Below are positions 27,838 to 38,067 of a stretch of DNA of 64,000 nt, one piece after another. This stretch comes from an uncultured Acidobacteriota bacterium (GTDB lineage Bacteria > Acidobacteriota > UBA6911 > RPQK01 > JAPXNP01). The notes under the pieces are model-generated. The model made no database searches. It had not been told where the DNA came from and was given only the letters and a program-made list of their open reading frames with translations. Location of the stretch: NCBI GenBank assembly GCA_964524795.1, contig CAZGEH010000002.1, positions 502,837 to 566,836 on the forward strand, read 5' to 3'. Every line of letters starts with the position of its first letter. Position 1 is the stretch's first letter. The position numbers were made by a program, and so were the translations under genes.

Positions 27838-28488
27838 GTGATGGCTCAATCTGTGAACGTCGGTTCAGGTGCGGCTCCCACCCCGTCGCGAAAGGAGCGG
27901 GAGTTTCTGCGCCGCCGGCACGAAATCCTCCAGACGGCTGAAACGGTCTTTTCGGAGAAGGGATTTCTGTCCGCCAGCATGGAGGAAATCGCTGAAAGGT
28001 CCGAGTTTTCGGTGGGCATGCTGTACCGGTTTTTCCGTAGCAAGGCCGACCTCTATCTGGCGACGGTCGAGAACCGTATTTCAGGTCTGGAGGAGGAACT
28101 TCACCGCTGCCTGGACGGTCAACCTGCCGAAGCCAGGACGGTGCTGGAACGCTATTTCACCTGCCGCCTCGGCCAGTACTGGTCCAATCCCGCTTTCTTC
28201 AGGCTGATCCTGCAGGGCACGATCTCGCTGGTGGGCGATCCCAAGACCGGCTTCCTGCCTGAGCTGGAACGACGTTACGATCGCCTGGTCGGCCGCCTGC
28301 AGTCCATCTTTGCGGCCGGCATAGCCTCCGGTGAGTTCCGCTCCGCCGACCCCAGACTCATGAGTCTCTCCCTGGAGGGGCTGATCCGGGCCTACATGTT
28401 TCACCTGATCCATGACCAGATCGCAGCCCGCCGGGCCGACGAGGAACGGGAGCTGTTGCGCCTGTTTTTCGACGGCATCGCCCGCTGA
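27838..28488 (+). CDS. TetR-family transcriptional regulator
   Basis: N-terminal TetR HTH (ETVFSEKGFLSASMEEIAERSEFSVGMLYRFFRSKADLYLA). Confidence 0.8.
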   Translation: MMAQSVNVGSGAAPTPSRKEREFLRRRHEILQTAETVFSEKGFLSASMEEIAERSEFSVGMLYRFFRSKADLYLATVENRISGLEEELHRCLDGQPAEARTVLERYFTCRLGQYWSNPAFFRLILQGTISLVGDPKTGFLPELERRYDRLVGRLQSIFAAGIASGEFRSADPRLMSLSLEGLIRAYMFHLIHDQIAARRADEERELLRLFFDGIAR

Positions 28489-28540
28489 GTCTGCCTTCCA
28501 AGGTCTCGCCGGTGAGTCGGTGGGTCCGCAGACCGGTTTC

Positions 28541-28571
28541 CCCGCGCCTGGTTGCTTCCTGCGGGTTTTTT
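28541..28571 (+). terminator. weak candidate rho-independent terminator after the TetR gene
   Basis: cccgc...gcggg stem with a 15-nt loop, followed by a run of 6 T. Confidence 0.25.
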
Positions 28572-28704
28572 CCTGCCGAAAATCCGGAGAACCCACATAA
28601 CATCATGGACTTCAATAAGTTAGGCGATGTGATGGCGGTCACGTCCGCACGGTGAGCGAAGCCACCCGGCCTCTTCCCGCCCGACACCTAAGCTTTCGCG
28701 GGAA

Positions 28705-31700
28705 ATGGCCATGTTGCGATCGCGAGACGACCGGCGTGCATTCTCTCTGCCCTCGTTCCTGCAGTTCCGGTGCATACCCCCGGCTGTGATCCTGATGCTC
28801 TTCAGCTCCTTCCTGGCTGCGCAAAGCGTCACCCTGGAGTGGGATCCAAACTCGGAAAGCGACCTTGCCGGCTACAACATTTACCGGTCCACGCAATCAG
28901 GGTGGGGATATACCAGGCTCAATGGCGGTCTGATTTCCGCAACCACCTACGTTGACAGTACGGTGAGTGCGGGACAGACCTACTATTACGTCTGCACCGC
29001 CGTCAACACAGCGGGAGCTGAAAGCGGCTATTCGAACGAGGTGTCGGCCACCATTCCCAGCATCAACCACAACCCGGTTGCCAATCCCGATGCAGTCACC
29101 ACGCCGAAGAATACGGGCGTCCAGATCGCGGTGCTGGCGAACGACACAGATCCCGATGGAGACAGCCTGACCCTGGCCTCAGTGGGAACTGCCTCCTTCG
29201 GCAGCGTCAGCAAGAACGGCAATCTCGCCGTCTATATCCCACAGTCCGATTTCGCCGGTGTCGACAGCTTCACCTACGTGGTCAGCGACGGAAGGGGAGG
29301 CTCAGCAAGCGGCACGGTAACCGTCACGGTCGTCGCACCCAACACGGCGCCGGTGGCAACCAACGACACCGCCACCGTGGTGGGGGGCAGTTCGGTGACG
29401 GTCAACGTCGTGGCCAACGATTCCGACCCCGATGGCGATCCCCTCACCGTCAGCGCCGTCGGCACTCCGGCCCACGGAACCGCAACCATTGTTTCCGCCT
29501 CAAGCATCCAATACGTGCCGGCAGCCGGTTACAGCGGCAGCGATTCTTTCACCTACACCATCAGCGACGGCCGCGGCGGCACCGCCTCGGCCACGGTCCA
29601 GGTCACGGTCACTCCACCCAACAGCCCTCCGACTGCTTCCAACGATACGGTCAGTGTTGCCGAAGACAGCTCCGTCACTCTCAATGTTCTCGCCAATGAC
29701 CGGGATCCGGATGGCGACACCCTCACCGTGACCTCCGTGACCCAACCCCAGCACGGAACGGCTACCCAAGTATCAAGTTCCCACGTCCGTTACAACCCGT
29801 CGCTGAATTACCACGGCTCCGATAGCTTCACTTATACGGTCAGTGACGGCAAGGGCGGAACCGCCACCGGGACCGTCCAGGTGACAGTGACCCCGGTCAA
29901 TGATCCCCCCGTCGCACAGCCCGACACCGCCACGGTACCCGAGGACGGCTCGGTTGTGATCAATGTGGTCGCCAACGACACCGACGTCGACGGCGACACA
30001 TTGACCGTCACCGCGGTCGGGCAACCAAGCCACGGGACGGCAACCAAGGTGTCAGCCACCAGCGTCCAGTATGTGCCGGCCGCCAACTATAACGGTTCAG
30101 ATTCCTTCACTTACACCATCAGTGATGGCAACGGAGCGACCGCGACGGCCCTGGTTCAGGTGACGGTCACTGCCGTCAACGACGCCCCGGTGGCGGTAGC
30201 CGACAGCCTCACCCTTCCCGAGGACAGCTCGGCTACCCTCAACGTGATCGCCAACGACACCGACGCCGACGGCGACAGCCTTACCGTGAGCGCAGTCGGC
30301 CAACCGGCTCATGGCACCGCCGCCAAGGTTTCGGCGACCAGCGTCCAATATGTGCCCGCCCCCAACTTCAATGGCGCCGACTCCTTCACCTATACGGTCA
30401 GCGACGGCAAGGGCGGAACCGCCACCGGGACCGTCCAGGTGACGGTGACCCCGGTCAATGATCCACCGGTCGCGACCAACGATGTGGCTACCCTGCCCAT
30501 GGGAGGCTCAGTGACCCTGAACTTGGTCGCCAATGACACCGATGTGGATGGAGATACCCTCGCCATCACCGCGGTGGGACAGCCCCAGCACGGGAGTGCC
30601 GTCACGGTCAGTTCGGTGAGCGTCAGGTATGTGCCGGCAGCCGGTTACGCCGGTCCCGATTCCTTTACGTACACAATCAGCGATGGGGCGGGCGGAACCG
30701 CCACCGGTACCGTCTCGCTGACCGTGCTTGACACCAACGGTGCGCCGGTGGCCAATGACGACGTAGCGGTCACCAATGAGGATACCCCCGTCGAAATTGC
30801 GGTCCTCTCCAACGACAGCGACCCCGACGGCGATTCTATGGTCGTCCAGCAGGTCTTGCCCGCCCAGTATGGTCAGGTCACGCTGGTGGGAAGCTCCACG
30901 GTCCGCTACTCGCCGAATCTCAACTTCAACGGCAGCGACTCCTTCACTTATGTGGCGGCGGATCCGGGCGGTAAGACCGATACCGCCACGGTCCAAGTGA
31001 CGGTGATCCCGGTCAACGACCCGCCGGTAGCCAATCCGGACGCCGCGGCGGTGCCCCGAAACGGCTCGGTCACGATCAACGTAGTGGCCAACGACACCGA
31101 TGTCGACGGCGACAGCCTTACCGTGGCCGCGGTCGGGCTGGCGGCCAACGGCACGGTAACCAGGCTGTCGTCAACCAGCGTGCAGTACGTGCCTACCGCC
31201 AACTACACCGGCTCCGACGCTTTCACCTATACCGTTTCCGATGGAAAGGGCGGAACCGCTACCGGCACCGTGCAGGTCACAGTATTCCAGGTCAACACCG
31301 CGCCCAATGCGGTCAATGACACGGCGACCGTTCCCGAAGATGGATCCGTCACCATCAGCGTCTTGGTCAACGACTCCGACCCTGAGGGCGACCCTTTGAC
31401 CGTCACCTCCGTCACCCAGGCGCAAAGGGGGACGGTCACCCTCGTGTCGGGAAGTGCCGTACGTTACGTGCCGCAGCCCGATTTTCACGGGCAGGACAGC
31501 TTCAGCTACACCGTGTCGGACGGCTCCCTGAGCTCCACCGCGACGGTATCGGTCCAGGTGACCCCCGTCAATGACCCGCCGCAGGCGGTGGACGACCAGG
31601 CTCAGACCGCGCCTGACCAGGCGATCCAGCTTAATGTCCTGGCCAACGACCACGATCCCGACGGCGACACCCTCGTACTGACGGCGGTCGATCAACCGGC

Positions 31701-33741
31701 CAACGGGCAGGCGGTTTTCACCCCCCAAGGTCTTGTGACCTACACCCCGAACCGAGGATTTCAAGGTGCCGACGAATTCCGTTATACCGTCAGCGACGGG
31801 GCAGGAGCCTCAGCCTCCGGGCGGGTCCTGATCCAGGTGACAACTGAGGGCAACCGGGCTCCGGCGGCAGTCGACGACTCGGTAGCCATCGACGAGGATT
31901 CCAGCGGCGAGATCCTTCCGCTCGCCAATGACAGTGATCCGGACGGCGACCCTCTGAGCCTGGACAGCTTCACTCAACCCTCCCACGGACGGGTGGTCCG
32001 GCTGGGGGATACTGTTCTGTGGTATACGCCGGAACCCGATTTTAACGGAGACGACAGTTTCACCTATGCCGCCGGCGACGGCAAGGGCGGTCGAGCCTAC
32101 GCAACGGTCAGGATCCGCGTGCGTCCCGTCAACGATCCTCCACGCCCCGTCGATGATTACTTCACCACTTCCGCAAACACTGCCGTCGATGTGGATGTCA
32201 CCGAGAATGACCTGGAGGTCGACGGCGAACCTCTCACAGTGGTGTCGGTTGCCAGGCCGCGGCACGGTTCCGCCGAGCTGCTGGAGGACGGCAGGGTCCG
32301 GTACAGTCCGAAGCCTTCGTTCAATGGGAACGACGAGTTCACCTATATCGTTGCGGATAGCACCGGCGCCAGGGCCACCGGGACCGTCCGGATTTCGGTG
32401 GTGGAGCCGCTGCGCAAGGTGCGTAAGATGATCTTCCCGGCCACTCTCAACAGCGGCAATCCGCTGCTCGAAGACACCTTCGTCGGGGTCGGCCTGCTGA
32501 ACATGGAAGTGGAAGCGGCGCAGATTGGGATAGCCTCCCGAGACGTGCAGGGGCAGCGGCTGGACACCCGAGTCCTGCCCGAGTTGCGGCCTTTTGGTCA
32601 GACCGCCTTCCTGACCAACGAAGTGCTGGCGAGTTCGTTGCCCAGCGCCACCATAGAAGCCGAGTCCTCCAACGATGCCCTGCGCGGTCTGCTTATGGTG
32701 GGCGACTTCGCCGGCCATCGCCTCGATGGTGTCGGCGCGCTTCCGGTGGCGGCACAACAGCTTTACTTCACCGACGTGCGCCAAGGCGCTGGTGAGTCGA
32801 GCCTGCTGCAACTGATCAACCCTGACCAGGAGCGCTCGGCCCAGCTCACCCTGGAGCTGCGCAGCACATCGGGTGCCCTGCTCGACCGCGTGCGGCCCGT
32901 GCTTCCGCCGGGCGGTGCCTTCATCGGATCGGTCAGTGAAATCTTCCGGCTGTCCGGCCCGGCGGTGGACGGATACGTCCGGGTGCTGTCCAGCATCCCG
33001 GTCCAGGGCTATGGCTTCGTCACCAACCCCCTGACCCTGACGGCCGCCTCGGCACGACCACCCGCAAGTACGCATCGGCTGGTGGCTCCGCACTTCTTTG
33101 TCGATTCACAAGGCGGCACCAGCACCTTGCGCGTCCTCAATCCGAGTTCGCAGGAGGTCCAAGCCACGGCACGAGTTCGTGACGACTTCGGAGAGGAGGT
33201 GGCTGCGGTCGAGGTCCGGCTGGCCCCCGGCTCTCTGACCACCGTCGACGCCGGCGAAGTGTTGGGGCGGTTCCGATCGATCATCAGTGGCTCCTTCGAA
33301 CTGGAGGCCAAGGACGGCCAGGCCCCCAACCTGCTGGCGACTCTCTCCTTTGAAGGACCCGGGGGACGGTCCCTGACGACAGTCCCTGTCCTGAACGAAG
33401 CCGGTTACACCGATACCGTCTTCCCGCAGGTGGCCCAGACGGTGGACGGCCGTATTTTCACGGGTCTGGCCGTCTACAACCCCTCCTCTGAGCCTGTGGA
33501 AGTCCAGGTCGAGGCCTATGACGAAAACGGAACTCCCACAGCGAGTACCGCTTTCGAGTTGGGGCCCTACCAAAGGAGGACCGACATCCTCGCCACCGAA
33601 GCCTTCTTCGGACCGGAGTTCCGTCAGGTAAAGGGACACCTGCGGGTGAGGGCGACGCGAGGCGTGGCGGCCTACGCCATCTTCGGCGATATCGCCGGCA
33701 GCTTCCTGTCCTCCATCGAGGGCCAGCCGTCAGTGAAGTAG
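28705..33741 (+). CDS. giant secreted adhesin-like protein: FN3 domain, 12 tandem VCBS/cadherin-like repeats and C-terminal beta-sandwich modules
   Basis: N-terminal signal. FN3-like VTLEWDP...YYYV. Twelve 93-94-aa repeats (NDPPVAxxDxAT..ED..V.I.V.ANDTD.DGD.LTV..V.QP.HGTA.....V.Y.P..NY.G.DSFTYT.SDG.GGTATGTV.VTV.PVN). About 450 aa of C-terminal modules. Confidence 0.85.
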   Translation: MAMLRSRDDRRAFSLPSFLQFRCIPPAVILMLFSSFLAAQSVTLEWDPNSESDLAGYNIYRSTQSGWGYTRLNGGLISATTYVDSTVSAGQTYYYVCTAVNTAGAESGYSNEVSATIPSINHNPVANPDAVTTPKNTGVQIAVLANDTDPDGDSLTLASVGTASFGSVSKNGNLAVYIPQSDFAGVDSFTYVVSDGRGGSASGTVTVTVVAPNTAPVATNDTATVVGGSSVTVNVVANDSDPDGDPLTVSAVGTPAHGTATIVSASSIQYVPAAGYSGSDSFTYTISDGRGGTASATVQVTVTPPNSPPTASNDTVSVAEDSSVTLNVLANDRDPDGDTLTVTSVTQPQHGTATQVSSSHVRYNPSLNYHGSDSFTYTVSDGKGGTATGTVQVTVTPVNDPPVAQPDTATVPEDGSVVINVVANDTDVDGDTLTVTAVGQPSHGTATKVSATSVQYVPAANYNGSDSFTYTISDGNGATATALVQVTVTAVNDAPVAVADSLTLPEDSSATLNVIANDTDADGDSLTVSAVGQPAHGTAAKVSATSVQYVPAPNFNGADSFTYTVSDGKGGTATGTVQVTVTPVNDPPVATNDVATLPMGGSVTLNLVANDTDVDGDTLAITAVGQPQHGSAVTVSSVSVRYVPAAGYAGPDSFTYTISDGAGGTATGTVSLTVLDTNGAPVANDDVAVTNEDTPVEIAVLSNDSDPDGDSMVVQQVLPAQYGQVTLVGSSTVRYSPNLNFNGSDSFTYVAADPGGKTDTATVQVTVIPVNDPPVANPDAAAVPRNGSVTINVVANDTDVDGDSLTVAAVGLAANGTVTRLSSTSVQYVPTANYTGSDAFTYTVSDGKGGTATGTVQVTVFQVNTAPNAVNDTATVPEDGSVTISVLVNDSDPEGDPLTVTSVTQAQRGTVTLVSGSAVRYVPQPDFHGQDSFSYTVSDGSLSSTATVSVQVTPVNDPPQAVDDQAQTAPDQAIQLNVLANDHDPDGDTLVLTAVDQPANGQAVFTPQGLVTYTPNRGFQGADEFRYTVSDGAGASASGRVLIQVTTEGNRAPAAVDDSVAIDEDSSGEILPLANDSDPDGDPLSLDSFTQPSHGRVVRLGDTVLWYTPEPDFNGDDSFTYAAGDGKGGRAYATVRIRVRPVNDPPRPVDDYFTTSANTAVDVDVTENDLEVDGEPLTVVSVARPRHGSAELLEDGRVRYSPKPSFNGNDEFTYIVADSTGARATGTVRISVVEPLRKVRKMIFPATLNSGNPLLEDTFVGVGLLNMEVEAAQIGIASRDVQGQRLDTRVLPELRPFGQTAFLTNEVLASSLPSATIEAESSNDALRGLLMVGDFAGHRLDGVGALPVAAQQLYFTDVRQGAGESSLLQLINPDQERSAQLTLELRSTSGALLDRVRPVLPPGGAFIGSVSEIFRLSGPAVDGYVRVLSSIPVQGYGFVTNPLTLTAASARPPASTHRLVAPHFFVDSQGGTSTLRVLNPSSQEVQATARVRDDFGEEVAAVEVRLAPGSLTTVDAGEVLGRFRSIISGSFELEAKDGQAPNLLATLSFEGPGGRSLTTVPVLNEAGYTDTVFPQVAQTVDGRIFTGLAVYNPSSEPVEVQVEAYDENGTPTASTAFELGPYQRRTDILATEAFFGPEFRQVKGHLRVRATRGVAAYAIFGDIAGSFLSSIEGQPSVK
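29040..32420 (+). repeat. 12 tandem, about 280-bp coding repeats (VCBS/cadherin-like units) with stretches of more than 90% nucleotide identity
   Basis: For example, ttcacytatacggtcagygacggcaagggcggaaccgccaccgggaccgtccaggtgacRgtgaccccggtcaatgatcc recurs at about 29830 and about 30375. Confidence 0.85.
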
Positions 33742-33929
33742 CCAGCCGATTGACTCCAGTCCGGCCCGGAATCCCTCTTGGCCCGCAAGGTGATTCCGGG
33801 TCCGGCCTGGACCGACGTTGGGACAGTCTCCAACGGGTTATGGGCAACCGCTTCCCGGCGGGGCGAACCCAACGCTCATTGGCTCGCCGATCGGGGAACC
33901 GCTATGCTTCAAGGTTGGAGATCACCTTG

Positions 33930-35006
33930 GTGCATGAGCGGCAGGAAGTACAGCCGAGGCAGACGAGCCTGAAGATCGGAGGCCGGCGTACCGCCGCAGC
34001 TTTCGGGCTGCTTGCCGTGCTGGCCGCCTTGGGCTTGACCATCCGTTATTGCGATCTCTGGTCGGGTCGACCCGCTGTCGTCCATGATGAGCGTTCTTTG
34101 ATGGGTACTCTGTGGTCGATCCAGGTCGTTCGCCCGCCCAATCGTTCCGAGCTGGAGGCCAGGGCTGCTCTGGATCTTGCCTTCAGTGAAGTTGCCCGGA
34201 TCGAGGAGATCATGAGCGAGTGGAAGCCGGATTCTCCTGTCAGTGCCGTCAACCGGGCCGCCGGCACGGGCTCCATCGAGGTCCCGCAGGAGCTGGCGGA
34301 CATTGTCCGCCGGAGCATCCAGTGGGGCGAGATCACACACGGGGCGTTTGATATCACCTGGCGGGGTCTCGGTTCCCTGTGGCGTCTCGAGGAGGGGTTC
34401 GTGCCGCCTACCGAGGAGGAGATCCAGCGGCGACTCCTCTTCGTGGACTATCGGAGGATCCAGGTGGACGGCAACCGGATCGGCCTGCCGAGCGAGTTCC
34501 AGATCGGCTTGGGCGGGATTGCCAAGGGCTACGCCGTCGACCAGGCCGGTGCCATCTTGTCCCGGCAGGGATTTGACGACTTTCTGGTCAACGGTGGAGG
34601 CGATGTGCTGGGCTCCGGTTCCAAGAGCGGGAGTCCCTGGACAGTCGGGATCAGGGACCCCCGCGGCGGTCCCTCGGACCTGGTCGCGAAGTTGAGTCTC
34701 TCGGAGCGTACCGCCGTCGTGACTTCCGGAGACTATGAGCGTTACATCATCGTGAACGGCGTTCGCTATCACCACATCCTTGATCTCCGCACCGGACGGC
34801 CTGCGGCGCTCTGTCAGGCGGTAACCGTGCGGGCTCCGGCCGCCGAGGATGCCGATGTTCTCGCCACCGCCCTTTTTGTCCTCGGGCCTCAGGAGGGATT
34901 GGCCCTGGCCGGTTCGCTCCCGGGAGTCGACGCCCTCATCATCGACAGCCAGGGACAGTGGTGGATGACCGAAGGGTTTCACCGTGATCTCCAGGTACTG
35001 CACTGA
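33930..35006 (+). CDS. apbE: FAD:protein FMN transferase (ApbE family)
   Basis: GTG start with GGAG 9 nt upstream. Signal-anchor AAFGLLAVLAALGL. ApbE motifs (GIAKGYAVD, GGGDV, TSGDYERY, HHILDLRTGRP). Confidence 0.8.
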   Translation: MHERQEVQPRQTSLKIGGRRTAAAFGLLAVLAALGLTIRYCDLWSGRPAVVHDERSLMGTLWSIQVVRPPNRSELEARAALDLAFSEVARIEEIMSEWKPDSPVSAVNRAAGTGSIEVPQELADIVRRSIQWGEITHGAFDITWRGLGSLWRLEEGFVPPTEEEIQRRLLFVDYRRIQVDGNRIGLPSEFQIGLGGIAKGYAVDQAGAILSRQGFDDFLVNGGGDVLGSGSKSGSPWTVGIRDPRGGPSDLVAKLSLSERTAVVTSGDYERYIIVNGVRYHHILDLRTGRPAALCQAVTVRAPAAEDADVLATALFVLGPQEGLALAGSLPGVDALIIDSQGQWWMTEGFHRDLQVLH

Positions 35007-35110
35007 GAAGGCAGGAACCCTTAGACAACCTGGAGGCTGGAATCGGTTGCATTCCTTCCGGTCCTTTCCGGCGACCGGCCTGGCGGCTGACCCACCTGGA
35101 TCGGATCCTT

Positions 35111-36526
35111 TCACCGCAATGGGAAAGGCAGCCCCACGTCAGCGTCATCAAGGATCAGCACCCAGTCAGACCCCCTGCCTGAGCACGGCGGCTGGTAGGT
35201 CTGGATGGCTGAGGTGTCGCCGGTGTGAATGGCCGTCACGGTCCCGTATCGAGGATCGTACCAGCTCTCCCGGAGCCGCTTCGCCTGCAGACGGCTCCGG
35301 TCGACAGCAAACGGCTCCCCCCGCGGTGAATACACCAGGGCGAAGGATCCGTCGCTGGAGATCGCGCCGCGGATCTTCGCCCCGCCCCAGTTCGGTCCAT
35401 TGGGAATGAGTCTCGGCTCAGGCACCAGCAGATGGAATGGACGGGCCTCCAGGAGTCGACGCAGATACCTCATCTGTGCGGCGCCCGGGTGGTCAAGCGC
35501 CTCTCGCCACGGGATGTCGGCGCCGATGACGCTGGCGTGCCGGGGATCCCACATCTGCCAGACGCTGTTGTGGCCGTAGGTGTGTCCGCATGCGCCGGAC
35601 AGCATCGCCCAGTAAGCGGCCTGCCGAACGTCATAGTCATCGAAGCGCATGGCGGGCTGCGCCCCGGACAGATAAAAACCAACCATCAGCGCCTCGTACC
35701 GCGGTTCCCCGTCCAGTGTGGGCTTGGCCGGAATCAGCCGGCGGTCGTGCTCGATGAACAGGCCGTTGTCGTGGTCCCGGGCGGCGTGAGAAGACTGAAC
35801 CATGTTGAAATCGAGCCAGTCGGCGTGGTGGAAATAGTCGGACGATCTTCCGGGACCCCTCGGATGGTAGGTCATCAGGTGCCGGCCGCCGTCTCCTTCT
35901 TCCAGCCCTCGCGCCATCGCCTCCACGATGTCCCGTTCCTCTCCGTTGTCGATGTTCTGGTCACCCCCCAAAACCCAGATCACCGGTCGGTCCCGATAGC
36001 GTTCGCCCAGGTATCGGCCGAACGATCTGGCCTTCGCCGGATCAAACAGACGTGGACGATCCTCGCCGGCAACTTTCCAGTAACTTCCCCACGTGGGAAG
36101 CATGGCAACATACAGGCCAAGTTCCTGAGCGACCTCCAAGATGCGGTCGACGTCCTGGAAGTACAGCTCGTTGGGCCGGCCGGGATCCCGACCATGCAGA
36201 GGAAGGTGCCCGTTCGCGTTGGGGACGTCGATACCGCCCAGCTCGGCAAGGACGACCGCCTGGATGACCGTGAAACCCTTCTCGCGCCGGTTTCGCAGGT
36301 AGAACTCAGCCTCCTCGAGGGTCAGCCGGTGGAAAAGCTGCCAGGCGGTGTCAGCCAAGTACAGAAACGGACGCCCGTCTTCGGTCTGCAGATATCTGCC
36401 GCCGGGAGCCACCTCCAGACGGGGCAAGCTGACGGGTGCCTGGGCGGCGGCTCTCTCCGCAAAACACGAGGCGGCACAACCACCGATCACAAAGGCCAAC
36501 AGGACGGACTGGCGGGAAATTCTCAT
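35111..36526 (-). CDS. DUF4038-domain putative glycoside hydrolase (GH140-like TIM barrel)
   Basis: Signal peptide. LADTAWQLFHRLTLEEAEFYLRNRREKGFTVIQ and the downstream GH-like barrel. The assignment is by family resemblance only. Confidence 0.55.
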   Translation of the reverse strand: MRISRQSVLLAFVIGGCAASCFAERAAAQAPVSLPRLEVAPGGRYLQTEDGRPFLYLADTAWQLFHRLTLEEAEFYLRNRREKGFTVIQAVVLAELGGIDVPNANGHLPLHGRDPGRPNELYFQDVDRILEVAQELGLYVAMLPTWGSYWKVAGEDRPRLFDPAKARSFGRYLGERYRDRPVIWVLGGDQNIDNGEERDIVEAMARGLEEGDGGRHLMTYHPRGPGRSSDYFHHADWLDFNMVQSSHAARDHDNGLFIEHDRRLIPAKPTLDGEPRYEALMVGFYLSGAQPAMRFDDYDVRQAAYWAMLSGACGHTYGHNSVWQMWDPRHASVIGADIPWREALDHPGAAQMRYLRRLLEARPFHLLVPEPRLIPNGPNWGGAKIRGAISSDGSFALVYSPRGEPFAVDRSRLQAKRLRESWYDPRYGTVTAIHTGDTSAIQTYQPPCSGRGSDWVLILDDADVGLPFPLR

Positions 36527-36640
36527 CGCCTGCGCACCATAGCCCACCGCGGGAACCCAGGCAAGTCAGTCCACCGGGGAAGCCCGCATCCTGGCAGACC
36601 GTCGGCCCGACTCCGGGCCGTCCGGCACAAGGGACTGGCT

Positions 36641-37936
36641 TCAACCGTAATAGCGGGGCTCGCCGTGGACCTCCACCTCGCCGGGATCGATCCCGGCACG
36701 TTCCGGTTTGGGCAGGCGGCCGGTCACATGGGCCCATCCCCAGAACAGAGCCGTGGTGGAGCTGAGGAGACCAGACCAGACCCCGATCACCCGGGGGCTG
36801 TAATACTCGGAGGCAAGTCCCGCCAAAGCCATGGAGACGATCATGGTGAGCCAGACCATCGACTCCATGGTGGCGAAGACCCGGCCCCGGAAACGGTCGG
36901 GCACCCGCCGCAGCAACTGGGTCAAGTTCAGAACTGAACTGAATCCAACCCCCGCCCGGGACAGCGCGATGAAGAAAAGAGCGGCAGCGAAGCTCTCCAT
37001 CTGGGCAAACAGGACGTAGGCCCCACCGTGGATGATGTAACACACAACGATCGCCCACTTGTAGGCCTCGAAGCTCAGGCGCTCCCCGAACCGATAGGCC
37101 AGCGTCCCTCCCACCAGAAGTCCGATCCCCGCAAACCCCCAGATGATTCCGATCCCTGCGGCTCCCCGCTCGAAAACCAGGTCTCCGAACAGGCTGAACA
37201 GGATCTGGGCAGCCCCGCCTCCCGTCGCCCACCCGACACCCACCAGCGCGATTCCCAGAACCAGTGGCGTCGTACGCATGTAACGCAGCCCGTCGCCATA
37301 CTCGTGCCAGGGCCGGGCCACTTGGGCCTCGGTCAGAGGTTCGCGCAAAGCCTTGAAGCTGCCTTGCGGCAACGTCACGCGCGTCACCGCCCAGGCGGAG
37401 AACAGAAATGAGCCCGCATTGATGATGAACGCTCCGCGGAAGCCCAAGTGGAAGACCGAAGTTCCGGCCAGGATTGCTCCTACCGTCAAGGTCGTCCACT
37501 GGGTGGTCTGACTCAACGAGTTCGCGGCGTGCAAGTCCTGTCCCCGGACGATGGCGGGCATGATCGAGGAACGACCGCTGGTGAAGAATGGGGAGGCGAA
37601 CATCAGCAGCCCGCTGAGAAGGTATAGCAGCGCCGTTCCGGGGTATTCGACGGTCAGGATGAACGCCGCCGCGAGGGCCGCCCTGACCAGATCGCTGGCG
37701 ATCATGATCCGCCGCCGGTCGAAGCGGTCCAGCAGAACTCCGGCGACAGGACCCGCCAGCACCACTGCAACTGCACGGGACAGCATGATTCCGCTGACCA
37801 CGGCGCCGGATCTGGTTTGAGCCAAAGCCAGGCTGAACACGGCGATATTGTTGAAGTGGTCGCCTACCTCGCTGACCACCTGGCCCATCCATAGGTGGCG
37901 CAGATTGCGGTTCCGCCTGAGCAGCTCGATGAGCAC
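36641..37936 (-). CDS. MFS transporter (EntS/enterobactin-exporter-like)
   Basis: 12 predicted TM segments. MFS signature region (LLDRFDRRRIMIASD). Confidence 0.8.
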   Translation of the reverse strand: MLIELLRRNRNLRHLWMGQVVSEVGDHFNNIAVFSLALAQTRSGAVVSGIMLSRAVAVVLAGPVAGVLLDRFDRRRIMIASDLVRAALAAAFILTVEYPGTALLYLLSGLLMFASPFFTSGRSSIMPAIVRGQDLHAANSLSQTTQWTTLTVGAILAGTSVFHLGFRGAFIINAGSFLFSAWAVTRVTLPQGSFKALREPLTEAQVARPWHEYGDGLRYMRTTPLVLGIALVGVGWATGGGAAQILFSLFGDLVFERGAAGIGIIWGFAGIGLLVGGTLAYRFGERLSFEAYKWAIVVCYIIHGGAYVLFAQMESFAAALFFIALSRAGVGFSSVLNLTQLLRRVPDRFRGRVFATMESMVWLTMIVSMALAGLASEYYSPRVIGVWSGLLSSTTALFWGWAHVTGRLPKPERAGIDPGEVEVHGEPRYYG

Positions 37937-38067
37937 GGACAGCCAGTATAGATGGACCCGCTGCTCCTCGGTGGAGGCATCCCTTGGGAAGTCCGGGGCC
38001 GGGGTTGAAACCCGCCAGCCGGCGGACTATCGTTGCCTTGGGCCCGGTGAATGGGCGAGGAGGATTT

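Noticed and set aside
29040-32420. Regular about 280-bp periodic repeats as a possible CRISPR-like array
   Set aside because: The repeats are in-frame protein-coding VCBS units with no short conserved repeats or unique spacers.
31810-33093. 427-aa minus-strand ORF inside the adhesin gene
   Set aside because: Antisense artefact of a high-GC repetitive coding region.
35432-36937. 501-aa plus-strand ORF across the DUF4038 and MFS genes
   Set aside because: Antisense to two well-supported genes. Arg-rich nonsense composition.
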